Positions 40,120 through 49,144 of a DNA stretch of 64,000 nucleotides are shown here, in pieces. A model generated the notes under the pieces. It ran no database searches. It had not been told where the DNA came from and was given only the letters and a program-made list of their open reading frames with translations. The position numbers were made by a program, and so were the translations under genes. Origin of the DNA: Vampirovibrio chlorellavorus (GTDB lineage: Bacteria; Cyanobacteriota; Vampirovibrionia; Vampirovibrionales; Vampirovibrionaceae); NCBI GenBank assembly GCA_903866275.1, contig CAIPMU010000015.1, positions 36,084-100,083 of the forward strand. Direction: 5' to 3'. How positions within the stretch are numbered: position 1 is the first letter of the stretch; each line of letters opens with the position of its first letter.

Positions 40120-42357
40120 TCACAGCTTCAATACATCGGCACGCCGTTGCTTCAACCAAGTCTCTTCCGTGTCGCTCAAGCCATAGGCCTGAACAACCAA
40201 ACTATTTAAAGCCATCATCGCCTGCGTTCGCTCAGTCATCGCCAGATCTGACAAAGTGAGCTGTCGAGCCAATAAAATCACCTCTTCCCGAAGCACGGGA
40301 GATCCTAGAGGCGGTTTTGGAAAATGGGTGAGCACTTCTTTATCAATCTGCAACCGCACACCCTTACGCTTTTGATGATAAAACCAGAACCAGGCCACAT
40401 CAGAATTCAACACGGCACAAAGCCAGTCCGGATCTTCCTGAGCCGGGCGCAACACCAAAAAGCCCTCATTGACATAAGCAGGAAACGGTACCCTGGCAAA
40501 AGCAGGCATTAATAGCTGCCGAGGCACCATGATTTTATGAAGATCTTCAAACCAGACCGCCTGACGTGATCGATGCAGGCCATAGGGTGCAAAATCGGAC
40601 GTATTCACTGATGAAAACCGATCCAGATGCGCCCGCAAGCGCGCATAACACTCAGGATCATTTTCCACGAGCTGCCGATTCTTTAAATCGGTATAAATCA
40701 TGAACGCCTGCGCTTCAGGCTCTACAAACCCCTGAAACGCCTCAAAACCCTTAGGTCGAAAATACGGCTTCAGCAACGCCCACTCCTCGGGCCCCCAGTC
40801 CAGCGTATTGACTTCTTCCGCAGTTAATACAAACACACCGGGCTCCATTGGCAGTTCAGCCTGAAGAGACAACGGTAACTTCGCGCGATCAGTCGACTTG
40901 AGTCGCCCTTGAGGAATGACAATGCCCTGCTGAATCTCGTGTCTGTTCAATAACGGAGACAAGGCCGATAAGCGGCTCAATAAGACCATTTCCATAGCCT
41001 CGCCCCAAACTATTTTTTTCGATTGCGGTTGTAAAGAAACCCAGCCCGACTTTAATTGGGCAGGCACCAAATCGGCCTCACGCTCACCAGTACCAACCTG
41101 CAGCGATCGACCGGTCGCAGCGTCCGCAACGCCCATCACCGTATCATCAGGCGTTTGTTTTTGCCAGACCAGCAAACCGGTATGATGCCCGGGGGCCTGC
41201 TTAAACAAGGGCTGTCCATCAAATGTCCAAACCTCCCGCAACTGACCCTGCGCCCAAAGCTGTTCGCGGACCATTGCAGAACTGCTGCGCTGAGACCAGT
41301 AAGCCGGTAACACATAGGCCAATTGCCCAGCGGGCCTTAAGCGATCCATTGCCCAGAGCAAAAATCCATCACACAGGTCCATCTTGGCCCGATAATACCG
41401 GGAACGATCCCCCTGCAGGGACTGAAACCGTTTTGACTGCCCCCGAACCTCACTCACATAAGGCGGATTCCCCAGGATAAAATCCCAGTCCTGAAGCGTC
41501 AATGGAATACGGGCATCCGGGGATTGTTGCGGAGAATCGAGCAAGGTGTCGCCCATCACAAAAGAGCCAACGGCCCAATCCAGCGGAACCGCAACGCCAT
41601 CCAGTCGGGCAGCGCACTGAGCCAGCCGCAATTGCGTAATCATCACACTCAGGGGATCCAAATCAATGCCAGCCAGTTGAAATTGCAGGACAAAATGCGC
41701 CGGATGCTCTAACAGCAGAGGATTAGCCTGCAATGAAGCGCAATGGGGTAACATCACCTGATAAAACTGATGCAAGCAGTCTAGGGCTTCCACCAGAAAA
41801 ACACCGGTACCACAGGCGGGATCAATGATCCGAACCTGCTGGACAGCCTGCCATAACTTGTCCGCCTGAATTAGGTCATTCGCCTGAATCGCATTGAACA
41901 GACTCGTCTGAACATCCGCTAAAAATCTACCCAGGGTTTGTCCGGTTAAATAACGTGCCACCGGGCGCGATGTATAAAAAACGCCCTCCTGATGCTGACC
42001 GGCTTTTCGTTGCTTTTTAGCCAGCGTCGCCTGACAGTGCTCGTACTGAGTAACCCAACTCTCCGGACAGCTCAAAACCATCCGTTGCCAACCGGTCAAT
42101 TGAGTAATAGGCAATGCTTGCCAGGCAGCCAAAGCCACTGCCAGCGTTGGCTGAAAGATACCTTCAGCCAACCCGTTATAAGGCTGACCCCAATCACCCT
42201 CAACGGGCATGGATTCTAGCAACAATGCCCAAGCTCGCTCTGAACTTGACTCTGAATCTGGCGCAGCACCAGAAATACCTGCATGACTAACTGGATTCGA
42301 AAACAAAGTGCTCATGCCAGACATCTTAATCCAAGCGCCTGCAGAAGAAAAGGGCAC
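40120..42357 (-). CDS. Gamma-class N6-adenine DNA methyltransferase (Eco57I/TaqI-like), no cognate endonuclease nearby
   Basis: Motif X GVFYTSRPVARYL, motif I IIDPACGTGVFL, motif IV NPPY, and a C-terminal region resembling a TaqI-type target recognition domain. Confidence 0.7.
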   Translation of the reverse strand: MPFSSAGAWIKMSGMSTLFSNPVSHAGISGAAPDSESSSERAWALLLESMPVEGDWGQPYNGLAEGIFQPTLAVALAAWQALPITQLTGWQRMVLSCPESWVTQYEHCQATLAKKQRKAGQHQEGVFYTSRPVARYLTGQTLGRFLADVQTSLFNAIQANDLIQADKLWQAVQQVRIIDPACGTGVFLVEALDCLHQFYQVMLPHCASLQANPLLLEHPAHFVLQFQLAGIDLDPLSVMITQLRLAQCAARLDGVAVPLDWAVGSFVMGDTLLDSPQQSPDARIPLTLQDWDFILGNPPYVSEVRGQSKRFQSLQGDRSRYYRAKMDLCDGFLLWAMDRLRPAGQLAYVLPAYWSQRSSSAMVREQLWAQGQLREVWTFDGQPLFKQAPGHHTGLLVWQKQTPDDTVMGVADAATGRSLQVGTGEREADLVPAQLKSGWVSLQPQSKKIVWGEAMEMVLLSRLSALSPLLNRHEIQQGIVIPQGRLKSTDRAKLPLSLQAELPMEPGVFVLTAEEVNTLDWGPEEWALLKPYFRPKGFEAFQGFVEPEAQAFMIYTDLKNRQLVENDPECYARLRAHLDRFSSVNTSDFAPYGLHRSRQAVWFEDLHKIMVPRQLLMPAFARVPFPAYVNEGFLVLRPAQEDPDWLCAVLNSDVAWFWFYHQKRKGVRLQIDKEVLTHFPKPPLGSPVLREEVILLARQLTLSDLAMTERTQAMMALNSLVVQAYGLSDTEETWLKQRRADVLKL

Positions 42358-42441
42358 ATTGTTCTTTCAGCTGATTAGTCAACAAAGCCCGACTCAATGG
42401 ATGCTATAATGCTTTTGTTCAGGCATGGTGTATTGAGGTGA

Positions 42442-44037
42442 GTGATGAATTGGCAACGATGGGTTCTGATTGCCTTGATGCTCACAGGCTTCATCCTGTC
42501 CTGGCTTTTATTAAAGCCGGAAATTTTGGGGTTTATTTATGATGACGCAGTCTATTTACTGGCTGCCAAAAGCTTGGCCTACGGGCAAGGTTACTTTTTA
42601 CATTCCACTAGCCCGGCTATACCTATTGTAAAATATCCACCACTGTTCCCTCTGTTACTGGCGCCGCTTTGGTGGTTCTTCCCTCACTTCCCGGAAAATA
42701 TCATCGCCTTTAAGTTAGTTCCGGTCATTTGCCTCCTGGGCGTTTTGTACATACTCTATCGTGAAGGCGTTCGTCAAAACCCAAATAAAACATGGTTTGC
42801 ACTGATACCTGTCGGACTATTGGCACTCGATAGCTCAGTATCTTTTGTCAGCAGTTCACTGCTCTCTGAAACATTTTTCATGATGCTTAGCCTAGGCGTT
42901 TTATTTTGGCTCGGTCGTCAAGACCCTTTAAATCCGAAGCAATTCCCATCACATTTTAAAATTGCAGTCTTTTCTGTTTTACCCTATTACACCCGCAGCA
43001 TTGGAATTACCTTGATACTTGCCATTTTCATCTGGCTCTGGCAACAGCGCAGCTTCAAATATGCCCTGCAATATCTGACCTGGAGTGCCTTGCTGCTCTC
43101 TCCATGGTTAGCGTGGAGTATTCTTCAGGCACCCCCCGTGTTGCACTGGGAGAATACTTTTTTGGTTGATTATAACCATTCTTACATGCTCGATCTGGGG
43201 ATAAACTACCAACGACTCGGAGGCTTTTGGCCCTGGTTATGGGACGGCTTACAGGCACTTAGCCTGGTTACGGTCAATCGCCTGTTTCGTCTTCTGCCGC
43301 ACTTACCGCTAAATGACGGTGTTTCATCTATCTTGCAAAACATCCTTGCCGGAGGACTGTGTATTGGCTTTACAAGCTGGGCGCTGAAGTCTCGAACGAA
43401 CAAGTGGTCTCTTTCTAGTCTTTATTTCATTTTTTATCTCATTGCGCTCCTATTATGGAGCACGGACAAACTGCAATACTGGCGATTACTCATTCCAGTA
43501 TTTCCACTATTCTGGCTGGCCCTTTTACAAGGTTTCAAACCTGCCAAAAAAGTTCAAAACGTCTTCATCATACTGTTTCTCCTGCAATTTATGACAGGCA
43601 GCTTGCTCTATGCCATCAACCTGATCAATAATCGATTTTCAAATCAAATGGCACTCAACACACCCCACCTGTGGCAAGAATACCAGAATACTTTTAAATT
43701 TATGAGTAGCTTGCCTAAAGATGCAAAGCTATTAACCCCCTACAATCACGCGTATTTTCTCTATACACATCGTCCAACCTGGTGTTTAAATGCATACTCT
43801 TTCAATCAATCTCAAACAGGCTCATATCGACAGCATTTTCAAAAAGTATACAGTCATCTGATGCATCTCAATCACGTAAACTACGTCATTGTGGAACCCG
43901 CTATAGGATACAGTACTATTGTCAGTACAACTGCCATGCCCCTGGTTAATGAGCTCATCACTAACCAGCCCGAAAAATTCAGCTTAATCTATCAATCGCG
44001 CTCAAAATCTATCAAGATTTACCACTTCAATGGTTAA
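42442..44037 (+). CDS. Polytopic membrane protein, GT-C (ArnT/PMT-like) glycosyltransferase fold candidate
   Basis: 531 aa with about 11 TM helices. The N-terminal loop YDDAVYLLAAKSL resembles the acidic DE/DD motif of GT-C enzymes. A strong GAGGTGAG RBS is present. It has lower GC than its neighbours. Confidence 0.45.
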   Translation: MMNWQRWVLIALMLTGFILSWLLLKPEILGFIYDDAVYLLAAKSLAYGQGYFLHSTSPAIPIVKYPPLFPLLLAPLWWFFPHFPENIIAFKLVPVICLLGVLYILYREGVRQNPNKTWFALIPVGLLALDSSVSFVSSSLLSETFFMMLSLGVLFWLGRQDPLNPKQFPSHFKIAVFSVLPYYTRSIGITLILAIFIWLWQQRSFKYALQYLTWSALLLSPWLAWSILQAPPVLHWENTFLVDYNHSYMLDLGINYQRLGGFWPWLWDGLQALSLVTVNRLFRLLPHLPLNDGVSSILQNILAGGLCIGFTSWALKSRTNKWSLSSLYFIFYLIALLLWSTDKLQYWRLLIPVFPLFWLALLQGFKPAKKVQNVFIILFLLQFMTGSLLYAINLINNRFSNQMALNTPHLWQEYQNTFKFMSSLPKDAKLLTPYNHAYFLYTHRPTWCLNAYSFNQSQTGSYRQHFQKVYSHLMHLNHVNYVIVEPAIGYSTIVSTTAMPLVNELITNQPEKFSLIYQSRSKSIKIYHFNG

Positions 44038-44129
44038 AAGTGTCTCAAAACTCCAAAACAAAATGCAAACTGACAAGAAACCAAGCAAAAGCCCTTTCCA
44101 TGGATTGCAGTAAAAACGAAAACACAATG

Positions 44130-44160
44130 TAGCCACCCTGAAAAATAGGGTGGCTACTTT
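44130..44160. terminator. Hairpin between convergent genes (possible bidirectional terminator)
   Basis: TAGCCACCCT-gaaaaat-AGGGTGGCTA perfect 10-bp stem, with a weak T-tract after it. Confidence 0.45.
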
Positions 44161-44181
44161 CAAACACAGTGATTAAGTTTT

Positions 44182-45057
44182 CTAATATCCGCCGCCACCC
44201 ACAGCAGAAGTTGCGGGCTTCGCAGGAGCAGGGGTAGCAGTAGCCGCTTGTCCAGTATTAGCCAACGAATCTTTAAACAGACTCGCACCACCGCCAGACT
44301 GCTGCATATATTGCTGCAAAAGTTGTTGCAGTTGCTGTAGCAACAGCATAATCTGCGTCATGGGATCAGCCACATCCCCAGCGGCGGCTGGAGGGGTAGC
44401 TAGTGTAGTTGGTGCGCCAGCTGCACGAGGGGCCGTTGCTCCTGCGGGAGCTCCTCCCGGAGTAGCCGACGTAGCCCCACGATTACCTTGAGCCTTTTTG
44501 CCATCTTGAATACTGGATGTAATATCACCTTGCTGGACCGCATCAATGGCATTTTGATATTTAGCAGGGTCTTTCACAGCCCCTTTGCCACCGTTGACGG
44601 AAGGATCAAAAATATCGGACAACTGAACTTTGCCTTGTTGAAGCGCCTGATAGACCGCATGCAATGTCTGGACATCTTTTTTACCCACGCCAGGTTGATT
44701 AGCCAGATCGGCGGCACCTGCCTTGGTTAAGATAGCCTTGAGCTTGCCGTTATCATAGTTGCCACCTGCATTTTTATAGCGAGACGCAACAACCGCAAAC
44801 GTTTTTGCTGGGCTATCTGGTGTAGCGGCAAATTGCTGTGCAGCAGCATCCATTTGAGATGGCGGAATACGATCACCCACCATAAATTCAGCAGCATAAC
44901 CAGTGACAATACCACTTCGACCATTGGCCACACTGCCACCATCGGCAGCATTTAATTTCTTTTGATTGACATTGCCGTTTTGATTAACCGCTTTGGCATA
45001 AGCTGTGGCATATTTAGCGCCCTGCGCTAACGCTGCACTCAATGGGGAAATGCTCAT
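44182..45057 (-). CDS. Glycine/alanine/glutamine-rich, cysteine-free hypothetical protein (harpin-like composition)
   Basis: 291 aa with no Cys or Trp. LLLQQLQQLLQQYMQQ helix, Gly-rich C-terminus ending GGGGY, Pro/Ala/Thr-rich low-complexity region. AGGAGAG RBS is present. It lies in the lower-GC segment. Confidence 0.5.
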   Translation of the reverse strand: MSISPLSAALAQGAKYATAYAKAVNQNGNVNQKKLNAADGGSVANGRSGIVTGYAAEFMVGDRIPPSQMDAAAQQFAATPDSPAKTFAVVASRYKNAGGNYDNGKLKAILTKAGAADLANQPGVGKKDVQTLHAVYQALQQGKVQLSDIFDPSVNGGKGAVKDPAKYQNAIDAVQQGDITSSIQDGKKAQGNRGATSATPGGAPAGATAPRAAGAPTTLATPPAAAGDVADPMTQIMLLLQQLQQLLQQYMQQSGGGASLFKDSLANTGQAATATPAPAKPATSAVGGGGY

Positions 45058-45789
45058 GGATGATCTCTCCTAATTGATGATTGACGCTTTAATAAGACTT
45101 TGCGAACACATGAAACCTGTTTTTTTCGAAATTTAAATGACTCTCAAAATCAACAGTGTTTAAGCTTTAATACGATTTACATCTGTCAACGTATTTGGCA
45201 ATTTAGGCATGAAGCGCTAAATCAATTCTTGAATATAGAAATAATCATGGTGTATAAACAAATAAAAACACTCAAAAAGAAAAAATTGCCTGATCTCAAA
45301 TTTTTGGCAAAAAACTTTACCTGTGTTGACCGCGCATAACTCCATTCGGTTCAGGCCATCGCTAACCATTGCTATGGCAGGTAAACTCATCCTCTGGAAT
45401 TACTCTTCAACCCCATTCAAACCTCCCCTTGCCGGCAGGCAAGCTGATAACATTCAGCATCACCTGACCGTCAAGGATTCAATAACTTGTCTATCTCTCT
45501 CTCGATTAAGCCCTCCTGAGACTTATCGAGCAAAATCAAAAACATAACGAACCAAACCATAGCTTCGTGTTCTAAACGGGCCCTCCAACTTACTGCCAAG
45601 ATAATAAAAACAACTTAATTGGGCCAATTGCCGTTTATCACGATCAACTTTACCAACGGGCCGAAAATCGATACATTTCAGGTAAACTAGTCTCTGACGG
45701 TAAAAACTCTGTCTACTATGCTGCCTCTCGGCCTGTTCACTCAATGCCCCACCAGTATTCCAGCTAAAATCTCAGGATATTGCTTCGCC

Positions 45790-46902
45790 ATGCCTTCTGA
45801 ATCTCAGACTCGCCCCGGATTTGCTCTGGCTTTGACCCAATGGTATGAGGTATCTCACCGGGATTTACCCTGGCGAAACACTACAGATGCTTATCATATC
45901 TGGCTTTCAGAAACCATGCTCCAGCAAACCCAGGTTAAGACCGTGATTGATTATTACCATCGGTTCCTGGAACGTTACCCAACCATTCAAGCCCTGGCCG
46001 AAGCCCCAGCCGACGATGTGTTAAAACAGTGGGAAGGACTCGGCTATTACGCCCGCTGTCGCAATCTTCACAAAGCCGCCAAACACATGATAGCGAATCA
46101 TCAGGGACAATTCCCCCAGACATTAGCCGAAGCGCAGGCACTCTCAGGCATTGGGCGCAGTACCGCCGGAGCCATCCTGACCTTTGCTTACGGCCAAAAA
46201 CACCCCCTACTGGATGGAAACGTCAAACGAGTCCTCAGCCGCATTTTTGATATTGACGCTGACATGCAAAGCACCCAGACCATCAATCAGATGTGGCAAC
46301 GCTCCGAAACATTACTGGCGGAAAGTGAAACCCCTCACCTTTATAATCAGGCCATTATGGAATTGGGCGCTACGGTCTGCCTGCCTAAGAATCCCCGATG
46401 CCTGCTCTGCCCGGTAAAATCCTTTTGTACCGCCGCTGAAGCTGGCACCCAACACGATCGCCCCGTTAAAGGAGGGAAAAAAGTGTCTCCGCATTATGAT
46501 ATTGGCGTTGGCGTCATTTGGCATCAGGGACGCATTCTCATTCAGCAAAGACCCCCCGAAGGCCTGCTGGGCGGACTGTGGGAATTCCCCGGTGGCAAGC
46601 ACGAGCCGGGAGAGACACTGGAGCAAACCGTTTGCCGGGAAATTCAGGAAGAACTGGGTATTGCCGTCCAGATTCGGGAACCCATTATGACCGTGAAACA
46701 CGCCTATACCCACTTTAAAATCACCTTACACGCCTTTCACTGCGACTATATTGAAGGCGAGCCCAAGCCAACCGCTTGCCAATCCTGGTGTTGGGCATCT
46801 CCCGATGAACTACCCACGTTTGCCTTTCCCAAAGCCAACAAAACCGTGCTGGAAAAAGTGGTACACGACTGGCAGTCTTCTCCAAGCCCCGCCTCTATTT
46901 AG
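45790..46902 (+). CDS. mutY: A/G-specific adenine DNA glycosylase MutY with C-terminal NUDIX-like domain
   Basis: HhH-GPD glycosylase blocks (WYEVSHRDLPWR, LQQTQV, GLGYYARCRNLHKAA) and a 4Fe-4S Cys cluster (CLPKNPRCLLCPVKSFC). The C-terminal MutT-like box reads GLWEFPGGKHEPGETLEQTVCREIQEELG. Confidence 0.85.
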   Translation: MPSESQTRPGFALALTQWYEVSHRDLPWRNTTDAYHIWLSETMLQQTQVKTVIDYYHRFLERYPTIQALAEAPADDVLKQWEGLGYYARCRNLHKAAKHMIANHQGQFPQTLAEAQALSGIGRSTAGAILTFAYGQKHPLLDGNVKRVLSRIFDIDADMQSTQTINQMWQRSETLLAESETPHLYNQAIMELGATVCLPKNPRCLLCPVKSFCTAAEAGTQHDRPVKGGKKVSPHYDIGVGVIWHQGRILIQQRPPEGLLGGLWEFPGGKHEPGETLEQTVCREIQEELGIAVQIREPIMTVKHAYTHFKITLHAFHCDYIEGEPKPTACQSWCWASPDELPTFAFPKANKTVLEKVVHDWQSSPSPASI

Positions 46903-47014
46903 GCCACTGGGGCATCAGGCAAGCCTTCACTTAAAAAAGACTCTACTTATAGATTCACATTGCTGACTCAGCAAGCGCTTTGGCAACTTTGTACGAGGTT
47001 CAGTTTTAATACCG

Positions 47015-48838
47015 GTGAACCCAACACTGACCACCTCTAACACTTATCTCTCTATCACAGCCTCACGGCACTCCTCCAGAAATGAAAGACAGACCATGTC
47101 CATCGGCTCAATTTTAAAAACAGGGACACAACACATCGGCCGTCAAATCGGCCGACAGTTAGCCTTACAAAGCAAAACCCTGGCCCCAGCGCAACTCACC
47201 CATTTAAACGCCCCGGAGCGCGATCAGTTTGAAGCCCTGCTGCATCATCACCACAAAGCTCTGGACCAAGCGACCCTGCAAGACCGCTCCGCTTACCTCG
47301 AGGCACTCCAGCATACGGACCTCCGAACCTATCAGGACTATCTGGAACGCAAAGCCCTTCAATTCCTCACCGAAGCGGGTGTCCGCCCCAGTATTTTGCA
47401 GCACGAACTGAGGGAAGAACTGCTTTACGCCGATCATATCCGCAACAACTATACCTATTTTGAACAGCAACACCAGCAATGGCAAAAACTGGCCGGTCAA
47501 TCAACCAAAAAACCCTCCACCGCGCTGGTGCAACTGGAAAACGAAGCCCATGCCTTCCTGGCAGTGGACCGCAGCCTGTTAAACATCCCTGCAGTTCCAG
47601 CCCCGAAAAAGCTGCCAGCACCAGCCCAAGCGGAGTCAAACAACCCGGCTCTCCATCCCACGCCAAGCCTCAGAAGACTCGGTTCAAGAAAACCAACCCA
47701 GGTGCTGCGAACCACAACAAAGCCAAGTCCTTCAGCCATACCCACGGTAGCATCACAAACGAACACCCTACCGAAGCCTCATCAAAATGCAGCCACTATA
47801 GCCCAAACCCGTCCTCAAACAGGGCCTGAAGCAACGTCGGCTCCAATCACACCCACCGGGAGAGAATCACAACGCCCCCCAGAACCAGCTGCGGCAATCA
47901 CAAGAACAGACCAACCACCTACCGCCTCCACAAAACTCACTGAGGTCGGAACACACCACAACAGACTGAACGGAACACGCCTCAACCTGAATCAGCTATT
48001 TGGCCCCAGCATTAAAACCGTCCGGTTCAACCAGCACAGTGGAAACACCTGCTACTTTCTAGCCCTTCTCGATAACATCCTGCAACACCCGCAAGGGGCA
48101 CGCTTACTGGAATCCATTCAGGTCACCCCCATTTCAGGCGGCTATCGGGTCAAATTCCCCGCCCAGAACAATGCCGTTGAACTTCTAAATAATGAGCTGA
48201 GCAAAGCCACAGCGGCCCGACCCCATAATCCGGCACATATCGGGATTCCGCTTCTCGAACAGGCCTATCTGAAACTTCCCGGTGTCAACGCCAACGATAT
48301 TGGCGAATCACTAAACGTGGTCAATCACGTTTTTCCAGAAAATCTGCTACCCAATGCCTACCCCTTTAACTGGAACCTGAGCAACCCGGCACAAAACATA
48401 CAGGCACTTACACCAGCGCAATACAAAGCCCAACTCCAACGCTTAATTCAGGCCGTTCAGAGCAATACTGAAGAACTGCCCCTGATGACAGCCCTTAAAA
48501 GTGACCACATCAGCTCGGTTCGACTGCCAGAATCCTCAGCCACCCATATTCAACTGCTCGACCCAATCAGCGGCCCCAAAAGACTCCCAATCGATGACTT
48601 TATCCAGCAATACCAGCTCATCGGTTTTGGCAGGGCGGAAACCGATGCTATCAGAGCCGTTCGTGAGCAACTTGAAACCAATTTAGCCCAACAGCTTGAA
48701 ACACAAAGCAGACAAGCCCAGGCAGACCCGGAGAATCTTCGCACCTTTAAAAACCTGATTTTGAATGATATGAACCTGCTGAACCGCTGCTATCAAGTCG
48801 CCCCGGAAGTGGTAAATAGCGCGTTAGATTTACCCTGA
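47015..48838 (+). CDS. Hypothetical 607-aa protein with Ser/Thr-rich N-terminus, Pro/Thr-rich linker and C-terminal putative papain/USP-like cysteine peptidase domain
   Basis: The N-terminal 25 aa are polar and S/T-rich with no acidic residues. Residues about 190-300 are P/T/A/S-rich low complexity. The motif NQHSGNTCYFLALLDNILQ has Gln six residues before Cys, plus a GNTCY core like the USP Cys box, with candidate His/Asp downstream (THIQLLDPISG). An alternative start is M28 (coordinate 47096). Confidence 0.45.
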   Translation: MNPTLTTSNTYLSITASRHSSRNERQTMSIGSILKTGTQHIGRQIGRQLALQSKTLAPAQLTHLNAPERDQFEALLHHHHKALDQATLQDRSAYLEALQHTDLRTYQDYLERKALQFLTEAGVRPSILQHELREELLYADHIRNNYTYFEQQHQQWQKLAGQSTKKPSTALVQLENEAHAFLAVDRSLLNIPAVPAPKKLPAPAQAESNNPALHPTPSLRRLGSRKPTQVLRTTTKPSPSAIPTVASQTNTLPKPHQNAATIAQTRPQTGPEATSAPITPTGRESQRPPEPAAAITRTDQPPTASTKLTEVGTHHNRLNGTRLNLNQLFGPSIKTVRFNQHSGNTCYFLALLDNILQHPQGARLLESIQVTPISGGYRVKFPAQNNAVELLNNELSKATAARPHNPAHIGIPLLEQAYLKLPGVNANDIGESLNVVNHVFPENLLPNAYPFNWNLSNPAQNIQALTPAQYKAQLQRLIQAVQSNTEELPLMTALKSDHISSVRLPESSATHIQLLDPISGPKRLPIDDFIQQYQLIGFGRAETDAIRAVREQLETNLAQQLETQSRQAQADPENLRTFKNLILNDMNLLNRCYQVAPEVVNSALDLP

Positions 48839-48875
48839 AGCCTCACGCCTCTCACCGACCTGCTGGTTTAAAGCA

Positions 48876-49130
48876 TTGCCTTTGGCGTTTTTCAGGTACA
48901 ATAGCAGCATGTTTTTTGCTGTAATCTGCCTATTAATCATCGCCCTGATGGGCACAGGCCATTCTCCCGACCAATATGGCTGGATGATGCTCATTGGGCT
49001 GTCCTGGATGGCTGGCTATCTGGATTGCCGCAAATTTGCCCGTTCGGATCAGGAAAAAGTCCGGGTCATACCGGCCGATATGCGTCAAGATCCCGCCATC
49101 CCGGACGACCAGTCCCTCTTTGAATCCTAA
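48876..49130 (+). CDS. Small two-TM membrane protein (hypothetical)
   Basis: 84 aa with two hydrophobic helices, immediately upstream of glcD. Coding status is uncertain. Confidence 0.3.
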   Translation: MPLAFFRYNSSMFFAVICLLIIALMGTGHSPDQYGWMMLIGLSWMAGYLDCRKFARSDQEKVRVIPADMRQDPAIPDDQSLFES

Positions 49131-49144
49131 GCGGAAGGGCCACC

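Noticed and set aside
40120-42357. Restriction-modification or BREX-type defence system centred on the N6-adenine methyltransferase
   Set aside because: No endonuclease, specificity subunit, PglZ, BrxC/L or helicase genes within at least 10 kb either side. Flanking genes are sugar metabolism. Reported only as an orphan methyltransferase.
45100-45339. 79-aa ORF inside the AT-rich intergenic region upstream of mutY
   Set aside because: Low-complexity K/N/I-rich translation typical of AT-rich non-coding DNA, with no RBS and no motif. Treated as non-coding.
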